Source of the DNA: the human T2T-CHM13v2.0 reference genome, Homo sapiens
Reading direction: 5' to 3' (one strand)
Length of the DNA stretch: 64,000 nt
NCBI RefSeq assembly: GCF_009914755.1
Contig: NC_060931.1
Positions within the stretch are counted from its first letter, which is position 1. Each line of letters begins with the position of its first letter. Made by a program: the position numbers and the translations under genes. The notes under the pieces were generated by a model. The model was not told the origin of the DNA, searched no databases, and saw nothing but the letters and a program-made list of their open reading frames with translations. Shown here piece by piece: positions 13,520-24,422 of this stretch.

Positions 13520-14444
13520 CTGAGGTCATCTCCTCCGTCTTCCTTACTCATTCATTGCTAGGCTTTAATAAAAAATTGATGTTTTTTTCCTTGTAAAGAG
13601 AAATGAATGATTAACCCTTAATGTATTAAAAGGGCAGGAAAAAACTATCTTGCATAATTTTTATATGTTGAGGGCCAGAGATCAAATTTTGAGCTAATTC
13701 TGCAACATATCCTAACCTCTCTACATCTTCTTTTATCCCCCTAAATAAGCGACTATCCTGGGCTAGTAAGAAAGTAATAATCTTAAAAAGGAAAAAAGAA
13801 AAGCACCTTCATTGTTTTCCTAGCCACTTAGCTCATACAATATGCAACAAACCATACGCAGTATCCGATATGACTGACTTCAAATCATTCCTAGAAGGTA
13901 CTTAGTAACACCTCAGCCAGGTACCACTGAGGCGAATATTTCTCTCCACAGAAGCGTCCTTTGTTTATAGCCTCTGTTTTGTACCCTACCCTGTTCAGAG
14001 TCACATTGTTAGAATTTTCTCCTCTTTGTCTGCCCATGGGCTTTCATTACTAACAACAAAGAATTTTGAAGTGTTCTATCTGTAGTGCCTCATGGTTTAC
14101 ATCATCAATGGCATGAGATGTTTCTCCCTCTTGTACATCATCTCTGCAAGACATCAGTGGCTACGACTAATCTCCCAATGCCATCTCTTCTGGGGCTCTC
14201 TTTCCACTTCATTGACACGAAGGGAGGGGGCTTACTGCACCTAAGATTTCGTGGATAGAGTACAGACTTCAGAAACTCTAAGCAGAAAAAGAACCCTTGT
14301 CACTTATTCCTGGTGGACTCTTTTGTATTTTTTTCTAACACAGTTTAACCATCACAGCAATCCCCTGATTCTTAATTCTCTCCAGTGACCAAGTATTGGC
14401 ATCTCTAATCTATGAATTAGTTGATTCAAATATATTGATGTCGA

Positions 14445-15143
14445 CCAGGGCTGTCAAACTTGAAGGTACATCATTGTCAGCTGGAGCACTTTTTAAATCA
14501 GAGGTACCTGCACCCCCTCATCTGATACAGTATCTGCAGAAGGCAGAATAAAGGTCCCCAGTGATATCCACATCCTAATCTCTATGACCTGTGGATATGT
14601 TGTTACCTTACATAGCAAGGGGGAATTAAGTTTGCAGGTGGGATTAAGGTTGCTAATGAACTGACTTTAAAATACAGAGATTATCCTGGAGTATCTAGGT
14701 TGGCCTGATATAATCACAAGGATAATTAAATGTAGAAGAGGGAGGGTAAAGAGGAGATTAGAGTAATGTAATGTGAGAAAAACTCAACCAACTATTGCTG
14801 GCTTTGAAGATGGAGTGACTTGGCCAAGAGCCAAAGATGAAGGGAGGCCTCTAGAAGCTCCAAAGGGCCAGGAAAAGTGAATTCTCCCCTAGAGCCTCCA
14901 AAAGGAATGCAGCCAAGCTAACACCTTGATTTTAATCCAGTGAGATCCATTTCAGACTTTAGCCTGCCAATACCGTAGTATAATAAAACTGTGGTTTTAA
15001 AAACCCATGAAGTTTTTAGTTCTGTGTTACAGCAGCAATAGAATACTAATACATGAAGGCTGGAGTGGGACCTGAGACTAGGCATTTTTTATTAGATGCC
15101 AATGCTGCTGCTGGTTGGGGATTGTACTCTGAGAACCACTGAT
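14445..15143. mobile_element. MER5-family MITE split by an MLT1D insertion
   Basis: Left part CAGGGCTGTCAAACTTG... (14445-14534) and right part ...CTCTGAGAACCACTG (15054-15143) flank the LTR. Confidence 0.55.
14535..15053 (+). mobile_element. MLT1D-type MaLR solo LTR
   Basis: Starts TG and ends ...AGCAGCAATAGAATACTAATACA. Internal ATTAAGGTTGCTAAT...GAGATTATCCTGG and TTCTCCCCTAGAGCCTCCA motifs. Confidence 0.85.
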
Positions 15144-15187
15144 GTAGACCCTACTTGTACCTCTTACCCTCTGAAGCCTTTTCTAGT

Positions 15188-15763
15188 TGTGGCAGATAGA
15201 CTTACGGTCACTCCCATTATCTCCTCCTCCTAGTGTCCCCTTGTACAATCTCAGTGTGGATGGGACTTGTGTCTTGCTTCTAACCAATAGAATATGGCAA
15301 AAGTGTCAGGAAGTTGCTTCTAAGATGATGTTATGCAAGACTTTGTCTTGCTGGAAAATTCACTCCTTTCCTCTGCTGCTGTCTTTGATGGAGCAAGTTG
15401 CCAGGTGGTGAGGAGGTATGGAGAGGACCACATGGCAAGGAGCTGTGGGCAGCCTCAGGAACTGAGAATGGCTTCTAGTTGCTGACAAACAATAAGAAGC
15501 TGGGATCCCCAGTCTTATAGCTGCAAGGAGTTTTCATTTGCCAGCACCTGAATAAGCTTGGAAGTGAATTTATTTCCAGTCCAGCCTCCAGATGAGAATG
15601 TAGGTCAGCTGATACCTCAATCACTGCCTTGTGAGACCCTAAACAGAGGATCCAGTTAAGCTGTGCCAAGACTCCTAACCCATATAACTGTGAGAGAGTA
15701 CATATTTGTCATTTTATGCAACTAAGCTTTTTGTCACTTGTTAGGTAGCACAGAGACTGACAC
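15188..15763 (+). mobile_element. MLT1F-type MaLR solo LTR
   Basis: TTGCTTCTAACCAATAGAATATGGCAAAAGTG, CACATGGCAAGGAGCTG and CAGCCTCCAGATGAGA motifs; TG...CA ends. Confidence 0.75.
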
Positions 15764-15879
15764 AATGGGATATTCTAGGCACTGGAATAGACAGCGGTAA
15801 CCCTTGGCAAGAGGAGAGTCCATGGATCCCATGTGGGTTATATCCCTTTTTCAGTTTGGATCTAAAGCTAGCATGTATG

Positions 15880-16060
15880 AAGCATGTTCTTTGTGCCAGG
15901 CATCGAAACTGTACTGAGAGTTCTATATTCATTGTCTTCTTGAATCCTTGACATAGCTATAAATTCATTGCACATATGAAGTAATGGAGGTCCCAGAGGT
16001 TAGACAGCATTCTGATATCCCAGAGTTAGTAAGTAGCAGGGCCATGACTGAAATTTACAC
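15880..16060 (-). mobile_element. MIR SINE fragment
   Basis: Degenerate core CATATGAAGTAATGGAGGTCCCAGAGGTTA...AGTTAGTAAGTAGCAG. Confidence 0.6.
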
Positions 16061-17594
16061 CCTGATCACTGGCGCACGGATACCACCCTGAAGTGAAGGC
16101 CATGTGCTTGGGTATTCCCAGGGTTCCCCAATGACAACAGTGTCCCAGTGATGATGGTGGCTTTCCTCATGCAGGAGCTACCTATGTCATGGGTTTGGGA
16201 AACAGGAATTAACAGCCACACCCAGAATTCCATGTTCATTCAACCCACAATCTTTCCTTTGTCCCCAGGGTATCTGTAATTTACCTTGCTATTTGCTATT
16301 TCCTAAAGCCTGTGTCTGGGAAAGGGGCTGAAGTGGAGACACTGCCTTGAGAAGTTTATAGCACAGAGAAAGAAATAGGACTTGCCAACTTTAACAATAA
16401 AAAACCACTTGTAAAAAACATTTAAAATCTGGAAAACAGAGTGTTTGACTAAACCATCTGTCTACATAACATATTTCCCTTAATTTTGCTTCTAATGGAT
16501 GATTTCTGTATATTCACAAGTACAGGGATGAGCATACCCATTTTAAGCAGACCCACGCGGTTGCAACGACATTCATAACTGTCTCATTTATGAATCTCAG
16601 CACACTCATTGAGTTTAATGAAGTAGAAAAATTAGGAGTTCGGAAGGTCATTGAGCCCTCTGACTGTATGCAAATACAATTAATGCACATCTCAATAATG
16701 GGTGTCCAGGAAGTGTTCTCACCTAATATCCGATTCAAGACAACCAACATGACTAAGCCAGAGCTTTGTCTAAAGAGACATCTGAAATATATCAAGGAAA
16801 TAAATTAACTGTCAAAAACTTCATTTATTCTACTGAGATTATGAAATGCAGCTGGAGAATGAATCTGAAAGATGGCTGCAGGAACTCAGAGGGGATTTGC
16901 GGTAAATACCCACCGCAGAAGGTCTCTGGGGCAGCTGAGGAAGGAAGCCAATGGTGAACGGAATGAGGGAGAGCCAGCACCACTGTGGAGCTCAAAGGGG
17001 CAAGTGACGGAAGCAGTGAATTAGGTCAAGTTATGGCCAGGACTGATTTAGTAGTACAACCAAAGTGGTTGTGGTAAGTTCCTCTATTCAGTTTTTATTA
17101 AGGAAATAGGCCCTACTCTGCTTAGCTCTTTAAAAGTTATCCACTCTCCCCTCCCCTTTTCCCCCAAGTTTATTAGTTTGTGGGTAGTGTGTCTGGGGAA
17201 GGCAGGGATGGGACAAAGTTCTAGGTTAATGGTTTTCTTTTTCAAACACTGGAAATTTATATTGCAATTGCTCAGGGATAAAATCAAATCACAGGCTGAC
17301 TAGGTAAGGTGGTTCATTCTGTTGGAAAATGGAATAAGCCACATGGGACAAGTGAAACTCATGAAGATTGTGCTCTATGATGAAAAATATGGGGGTATAA
17401 CAGTAATGGCTTTATGTCACTTACACATTTGCAGTCTTATGTCAACAACCCTTCCCTCACCCTCCAAGAAGATGAGAGCTGTCCTCTAAAGAATGTTTAA
17501 GAGTCATTTCCTTGTCCCTTCTTCCAGTGCCTGGAATCATGGAGCACACACTAGGTGAGCAGGTAACACCTGCCATTTGCCTGTGTGGAGCTGT

Positions 17595-17730
17595 CATTGT
17601 CTTCCTGAATCCCCTAAGCATCCCTATAAAGACATAGTATTGTCATTTGCAGGCAAAGAAACAGAAACTCAGGGGGTCTAAGCAGCTTACTCAGGGTCCC
17701 TCAAATAGTAATGGTAGTGCTGTGGCTTAA
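17595..17730 (-). mobile_element. MIR SINE fragment
   Basis: CATTTGCAGGCAAAGAAACAGAAACTCAGGGGGTCTAAGCAGCTTACTCAGGGTC matches the MIR core. Confidence 0.65.
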
Positions 17731-18913
17731 ATAGCATTACTATTATGAAAGAATAATACAAATACTAGAAGGGCCTACCTGATTTAAATTCAAATGTCTT
17801 TACAAAAGGAAGATGGTCCTGATGTTTCATTAATTCTAAAGATGAATATATGTGGGATGTCTATGGAGGAAAATAATGAGAGTAATGGAAAGTAACTTCC
17901 AGAAAATATAAGACAAGTAGCATATATGTAAATATGCATATAGGGAGAAACATGGAGAGAGACAAAATATTTCAAAATGAGACAATATTTTTCAAACATT
18001 GACTAAAAATAGGGCAAGGGGTAGGGAGAGAGGGCGCGAAAAAGATGACATGGGAAAGAGACTTGGGTGGGGAATTGGAGGAACTGTGTGGACCGCGGCT
18101 CAGCCTCTTTGGTTTTCTTCCTTTGCAACTTTGCCCTCAGTGATTTAGCTGGGGCCCTCAACACAGACATTTCACACAACTGTTTCTGAGGTAGCTCTGG
18201 TTAAACTAGAAGCAGGAAGTGCCAGAAATCTTGCAAGGAAGCAGATCCTCTTGACATTTCCTGTCTTGAAGGTCCGAGGGGCTCAGACGAGCTTCTAAAC
18301 CCAAGGAAGCTTCCATGAACTCCGTGAGGTTCCCCTAGATCCAGCAAGAGCCCAACGGGCTGACAGCCGCTCTCACCAGCAGCAAGGATTTATGTGCCAC
18401 ATTTCAAAAGACATGCATTTTAAGGATTTCTCGCTGTGTGAGAAACCACTGGGGCAAAATGGAGTAGAAGAAAAGTACACCTGATTGTAATTAATGCTGA
18501 CAGTAATCTCCAGCTTTCATTCTGAAAACAGCCAGATGGGAAAGTTGGAACTGTTAATAATAGAAAACGTTGCCATCCGCAGTTCCTGGAGTCATAACTC
18601 TTTAAAGACTGTTTGGATTCCAGATCTCTACAGACCAGCCCAAGCCAGATGCTGCTCAGACTCTGCGCTGCCATGGGCCATGGTGGGCCCTGTTAAAGGG
18701 AAGGGATCAGAGAGGAAAGCTCCGCTCTCAGCCTCCCGGCTCTGATGAGAAGTCTACCTGCGGGAGGCCTGGGGCTGGGAGAAGAAGAAGAAAGCAAGGA
18801 TACGTCAGGGAAATGTGGGGTCAGACTGTGCTTTGAAACATCTTAACCAATGGCCTTGTTGCACAGGTCTTAGCAAGGAGGAACCCAAGAACTGAGTGAA
18901 ATCTCAGCCCAAA

Positions 18914-19235
18914 TGAGGTTTAAGAAGGTACCTGGGAGAGGGATGTCATTCTCAACGGATATGCCATTCTCCACAGGCCTGGTTAAATGTGGCCCAGCAG
19001 AGTGAAGGGTGTTGGGAAGTAGGAGACTGGGAGGCTGCACTTGTATTTTAGGATGGGAAGGAAGACCAGGAGAGAGCTTCTCAGAAGTCACCTCTCCCAG
19101 AAGCAGCAGCCCTGAGGTCATCTCTCTTTCTCTGTGAGGATTTGCAACTTTGTAGAGCTAGCTGAGGTATCTACCCTGCCTGCTGGGCACCGAGTGAGCC
19201 TGCCAGCTGTGAGGGGAACTAAGAGAGCCACAGGG
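18914..19235 (+). repeat. Copy 1 of a ~320-bp dispersed direct duplication (partner at 22216-22539)
   Basis: Hand alignment is nearly gap-free with about 36 differences over about 320 bp (~89% identity); offset about 3.3 kb. Confidence 0.95.
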
Positions 19236-21882
19236 GATGGATGGGACCCTTGGGGTCTCAGTGGAAGGAGTTAAAGGCTAAGACTTTCATAGCTAGAGAC
19301 TCCGTAGGTCAGAGACAAGAGAACAATGGCACTATCTGTGAGAGCCAGGTAAAGTCCTTGGTAAACCCAGGCATGAGGCGCCCAGCTTCAGCCCCTTTTC
19401 TGTCCTTTTCAAGAGTGCCATGGGGTTCAGCAACTCCAAAGTTCTCCACTGACTCTCATGGACACTTACGGAGGGGCCAATCAGTACTTTTGAAAGTTCT
19501 GATGGATCCAAACAGGTCAGACTGGCTCCAAGGAGGGAAGAAAAAGGCTGGCAGGTCTGACTTCTTAAGGTTTAGATAGAAGCACTTAGCGAGCAGCTCA
19601 CAGAGACAGTGGCACAAGGTGGAGGTTAGGCACCAGAGCAGATGAATGAGAGCCATAGATGGGTCCTCTGTGCTTTCTTTGAGAAGCGGCGCTCAGGCAT
19701 GTGTGCATGCGTGTGTGAGCCCCGAGCTGGTGCAGGGTCTCTCTGCCAGCAAGACTGCCAGAGTGGGAAAGTGTAAAAGGGAGGCCCCTTGCCACAGGCT
19801 ATGTGTGCAGAGAACCCTGATATAAGCGAAACCCAGTGCAGAGCAGAAACATATGGATACGCTGTAAGAATAGGGATGGAAGCTCTGTGAGGCCAGCGAT
19901 TTCTGGCTTGATGCTGGGCGAGGCATCAACATCCTTGCTGGGCTGGTGGGAGCACCTGCAAAAGTGGAAGGACTGCAGAAAGCACTGCGCCAACAAGGGG
20001 AATGGGGAAAATCCCCATGAATACTGCTGACAACTACCAAGCTGAAAGATGGAATTCCGTTTCTGCCAGGCAACTCGATTTTTTCAAAAGCAAAACATAC
20101 CTTTAATTTATTCCCAGAAATACATCCTCATAATTTTCACCTGCAGTTGAGTGACTAGGAGAGAAAACATGGGGAGTGAAAATCTGGGCTGTGAGGTGAG
20201 CAGCTGAGTGGGAGATGCTTAGAACGGGGATCAAAGGACATTATGAGTTAAAAAGACCTTGATGATGTTTTAACCTGATCATTTTCACATGCAAGAACCC
20301 TTTCTCTTCCCAAACAAAATCTCATGAGGAACCATAACTGGAGAATGGGAGAGCAGATCTGATTGAAATGGGGGCCAGATGCCTAAGACCTCTCGCCCCA
20401 GTGGGGTTCTTTCTGAGCCATGGAGTGGTCACAGGGGGTCCCCTGAAGCACCGGAGCCAGGGAGGAGCATTCTGGAAACAGTGGGCTTTCTCAACCCTCT
20501 CATTTTGAAAATGAGGGGAGTGAAGCAGGATTGCCAAGGAGAAAGGAAGAAAACTGAGTTAGAGGCCACCTTCCACCTTGAGTTGGTGAGAGTTCCTCAG
20601 GCCCTCCCAGACCATCTTTTCAGTGTCTCAGCCCCAACTAGAGAAAGACAGACATCTGTTCCCTCTGCATGGGTGCTCAGACCTAGGGAGGAACTGGCAC
20701 TAACTTGCCTCACGGGTTTGTAGATTCTCCCATTAAAGTCAATTTCCACATATTAAAAATCTGGCTTAACTCTCTCATCCCCAAGTCGGCCTCACAGAAG
20801 ATACGCCTGAGTGAGCACTCAGGGACCATGTTGTGAAACCCTGTCGGGGCCATCTGGCTGCCTGTGTCTTCGGATGCAGCCTTCTGAGCAAGTGCCCTAT
20901 AACCCAGGTAATTACAGAGCCCAAGCCCACTCAGGAGAATTAGATGAAGCAACAAGCTATTATTTCCCTTGTTTGCAGAAATAATAATATGTAGGACCTC
21001 CGTAGCACCTTTCATCAGGAGACTTCAAGGTACTTCCCAGACATTGTTTGACTGTAAGTTCTTTTACTACAGATTTGCAATTAAAAAAAGAAAGAAGGAA
21101 AGAGAAGTCACTTGTCAATGAACCAGGGTTAACCCTGAGGGAGGAGTGGGGATTGCCTCTGGGACAAGGGTCTTAGCTCCATCTCCCTCCGAGACAAAGT
21201 GAGACTCCACTTGGGCAACAAGGACAGAGGCTGTGACTCTGTGGACACAGATGGAGGGTGAAGAATGCAAACAGCCGTTTTTCCTACAATCTGGGAATTG
21301 TTAGAAAGATTTAGTATTTCCACAATGTCTCCTTAGGTCAGCGCCACCAGGCTCTGGGCACACAGAAAGGGGGCTGAGGGAAATAGGAGAAGCCCCGGGG
21401 ATGTTTAAATAAGTTCACTGAGTTCAGCAAAGGCCTCTAAGGAAATGGGATGACTAAGACCAATAAAGCCATGGTTTCATAAAGGATCCCATGGGGACAA
21501 ACTAGGAAACTGCAGGCCAGTTCATTTGACATGAATCGTGGGCTGCTTTGCACTTCTTTTAAGAGTCAAAGAGGATAACATTTGGAAAGATCCAGATTGG
21601 GGTGACTGGGTGGCTTCAGGAAGGAAGGGGCATTGTATTTCACTAACTTAGGGAATTCTTTATAGATCTGGCTGGTCTGGCTGACAGAAGGGAACAAGCC
21701 CACCTCCCTGAGGCAGGCAAGCAGGGCCCGTGGTACAAATGTGCTGAGCAAGTTGTGATGAGAAATGAACACAAGTATAATGAACAGGAAGGATTTTAAA
21801 GATTTCTCTACCATGCACACTCTGTTAACCTTTGCCATCAATCAACTCAGAGAGCAGAGATACATAGCCCTTTGTCCACAGT

Positions 21883-22181
21883 TGCAATTCCCAGAATGGG
21901 TTCCTTAGAATCCTGATCATGTGTGGTGGCCCTTGAAAATTGTTCCACACTGAAATAAATTTTGGAAATGCTTCAGAGTTTTTCATTCTTCTCCTGAAGA
22001 TGAGCAGCGCATACTCACTTATGAACCGCCCTGAGAAGACCTGTAGGAAAGAAATATTTTAAACTGTCTTTCCCTGTGTGTTCCCAAAACGTATTTGGCC
22101 ATGGAACAATTTTCCCTTTTGCAAGCACTTGTTAATATTTCACAGAATGACTATTCCTCAGGACACTTTTGGGAAGCACTG
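21883..22181. mobile_element. MER103C-like hAT-Charlie DNA transposon
   Basis: TTCCCAGAATGGGTTCC...AAATAAATTTTGGAAATGC...CTGAGAAGACCTGTAGGAAAGAAA...CACTTTTGGGAAGCACTG, with imperfect terminal inverted repeats. Confidence 0.65.
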
Positions 22182-22215
22182 ATATGAGAAGATGATGTCA
22201 TAGCTTATCTAGCTA

Positions 22216-22539
22216 TGATGGTTTAAGAAGGTAACTTGGAGACAGATGTCATTCTCTACGGATGTGTCATTCTCCACAGACCTGGTCAAATGTGGCCTAG
22301 TAGAGGGCAGGGTGCTGGGAAATAGGAGACTGGGAGGCTGCACTCATATTTTAGAATAGAAAGGAAGACCAGGGGAGAGCTTCTTAGAAGTCGCCTCTCC
22401 CAGAAGCAGCAGCCATGAGGTCATCCCTCTTTCTCTGTGAGGATTTGCAATTTTGCAGAGCTAGCTGAGGCATCTACCCTGCCTTCAGGGCACCCAGTGG
22501 GCCTGTGAGCTGTGAGGGGAGCTAAGAGAGCCACAAGGG
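22216..22539 (+). repeat. Copy 2 of the ~320-bp dispersed direct duplication (partner at 18914-19235)
   Basis: Shares blocks such as TAGGAGACTGGGAGGCTGCACT, CCTCTCCCAGAAGCAGCAGCC and CTCTTTCTCTGTGAGGATTTGCAA with copy 1. Confidence 0.95.
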
Positions 22540-22844
22540 CTCTGCATTAGGTATGCTAGAACCAAGTGGCAGCACTGGGGAGATAGAGGGCATGGGAGCT
22601 AAGAGGAGCCCTGCTCAGTAGTGTAGGGGAGTGGGCCATGGAGTGCAATCCATTTACAGAGGATGGCTGCAGCCAGGACAGCCGAGCAATCAATAAAACA
22701 ATTCTCAGAGAGGAGTAAACTCAGGCATAGGTAGGGCAAGGGCTAGCACAGGGGACCCCATAGGCAGCAGGGGAAGCAGCAGCCAATTGCTAGGAAGTGC
22801 TGGGCAGAATCGTCACTGTCTGAAGGATTGAAAGAGCGATGAGC

Positions 22845-23050
22845 TATTGATTGTTTACTATGTGCTTGGAAACCCTCTTACACACTTCATATGCATAAAT
22901 GTCACTTAAACCTTGTAGGAAGGTCATGATATAGATAATAGTGATGTATCTTAGAGAAGTCAAGTAATTTGACTGAGGCTGCACAGCTAGGTAACTGTTG
23001 GAGCCTGAAATTGAACCCAAGCATCTTTAGAGCTTTCCCTTTTCACCTCT
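22845..23050 (-). mobile_element. MIR SINE
   Basis: TTTACTATGTGC...AGAGAAGTCAAGTAATTTGACTGAGGCTGCACAGCTAGGTAA...GAAATTGAACCCAAGC. Confidence 0.7.
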
Positions 23051-23054
23051 ATGC

Positions 23055-23278
23055 CAGGGGTTGGCAAACTATGGTCCATGGGCCAAATCTGGAGCACTTT
23101 GTGTTTTTGTAGCTAGTGTTTTATTGGAATATAGCTATGCTCACTAGTTTACCTATTGTCTATAGCTGCTTTGGCCCTGCAACAGCAGAGTTGAGTCAGT
23201 ATGAGAGGGACTATGTGGTCCACAGAGCCTAAGATATCTACTCCCTGACCCTTTACAGAAAAAGTGTGCTGATACCTG
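23055..23278 (+). mobile_element. MER58A hAT-Charlie MITE
   Basis: TIR CAGGGGTTGGCAAACT ... AGTGTGCTGATACCTG; degenerate 8-bp TSD CTCTATGC/CTTTATGT. Confidence 0.85.
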
Positions 23279-24247
23279 CTTTATGTGAATCTACGTCTAG
23301 TCTAGGGAGCACACGGAGTAAGACCAGCTTCTAGGAGAAGAGAAACAGTTGATCAGGGCCTTAATGAAGTAGCCTATGGTTTAGGGGAAATTACCTATTC
23401 CTGAGAAAAGGTAACTGGGCAGGTCACACCCAAGGGGAAGGTGGACGCCCATCCCATGCGTTGGGCTACCACAGCAGGCAGGAGGGAGGTAGTCTGTGAC
23501 TTGGAGTAGCATACTTTTAGGCATTAAATAACTTTTTATTGAGTGTCTGTAATATGCCTGCCATCATAGGCCCCACAGCCAGGAGATTCCAGGTGAACGT
23601 CAGGAGAATTTAATTCTGCACCACACCAGAAAATAGGTGGAGGCCGCAGGTAGTTTTTTGATCCTCTTGGAACTGCTGAAGACAGAAGCTGTTCTGGGCC
23701 TGTCACTGTTTTCCTGACTGTACCAAATGTGGCCTGAGGTTGGCTCCATGCAGCAGCTCTGGCCCCAGGGAGCTGGAAAGACAAGGCTGGGGGAACGCAG
23801 TGGGGCTTAGGCTCTGGGCTTCAGGTGAAGCTCTGAGCCCTGTTGTTTGTGTCCACGGGTGAGTTTGGGCTCGTCGCCCTGGCGGAATGGACAAATGATG
23901 CCAGGCTCATTAGCACAGCAGGTGAGAAGCTGGGGATTAGCACCAAGGGGTAATGAACCTTGTAGGAAACCAAGTCAAGTCTCAGTTTTGAGGCTACTTT
24001 GTCCTGTGTGCTCAAGCCCAAGAGACCAGACTTAGTGGTGGTGACCTGGGCAAAGGCTGGGAAAATAAAGGAAACCTCTGCTGAGATAAGTTTGGATCAG
24101 TCTTCCCTCCCTTTTTTGCCCTCTGCCTTCAAATCTCGCTAACCTCCAAGTCAGGCTAACCTCCAGGATAAACCCTTGGGCCTCAGCTGCATAGGCCTAG
24201 AGTGGGACACAGGAATCTGCATTTTTGACTTGTAATGTAGGTAATTC

Positions 24248-24422
24248 TTTTTTTTTGAGATAGGATCTTACTCTATTTCCCAGGCTGGAGTGTGGTGGAG
24301 CAATCATAGCTCACTATGGCCTCGAACTCCTGGAATCAAACAACCCTTCTGCCTCACCCTCCCAAAGTGTTGAGATTACAGGTGTGAGCCTGGTTAATTT
24401 AGGTAACTGACCATGCCTGGTC
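24248..24422 (-). mobile_element. Monomer-length AluJ-type element with a left-arm 5' part and a right-arm 3' part
   Basis: PolyT, then right-arm CAGGCTGGAGTG...ATCATAGCTCACT, then left-arm CCCAAAGTGTTGAGATTACAGGTGTGAGCC. TSD AATGTAGGTAATTCTT/AATTTAGGTAATTCTT. Confidence 0.85.

Noticed and set aside
18914-22539. The 320-bp direct repeats as paired LTRs of an unknown provirus (both can be read TG...CA)
   Set aside because: No TSD, no primer-binding site or polypurine tract in either orientation, no TATA or polyA signal, and no gag/pol remnants. The interior holds a MER103C-like element that looks much older than the ~11% divergence of the repeats.
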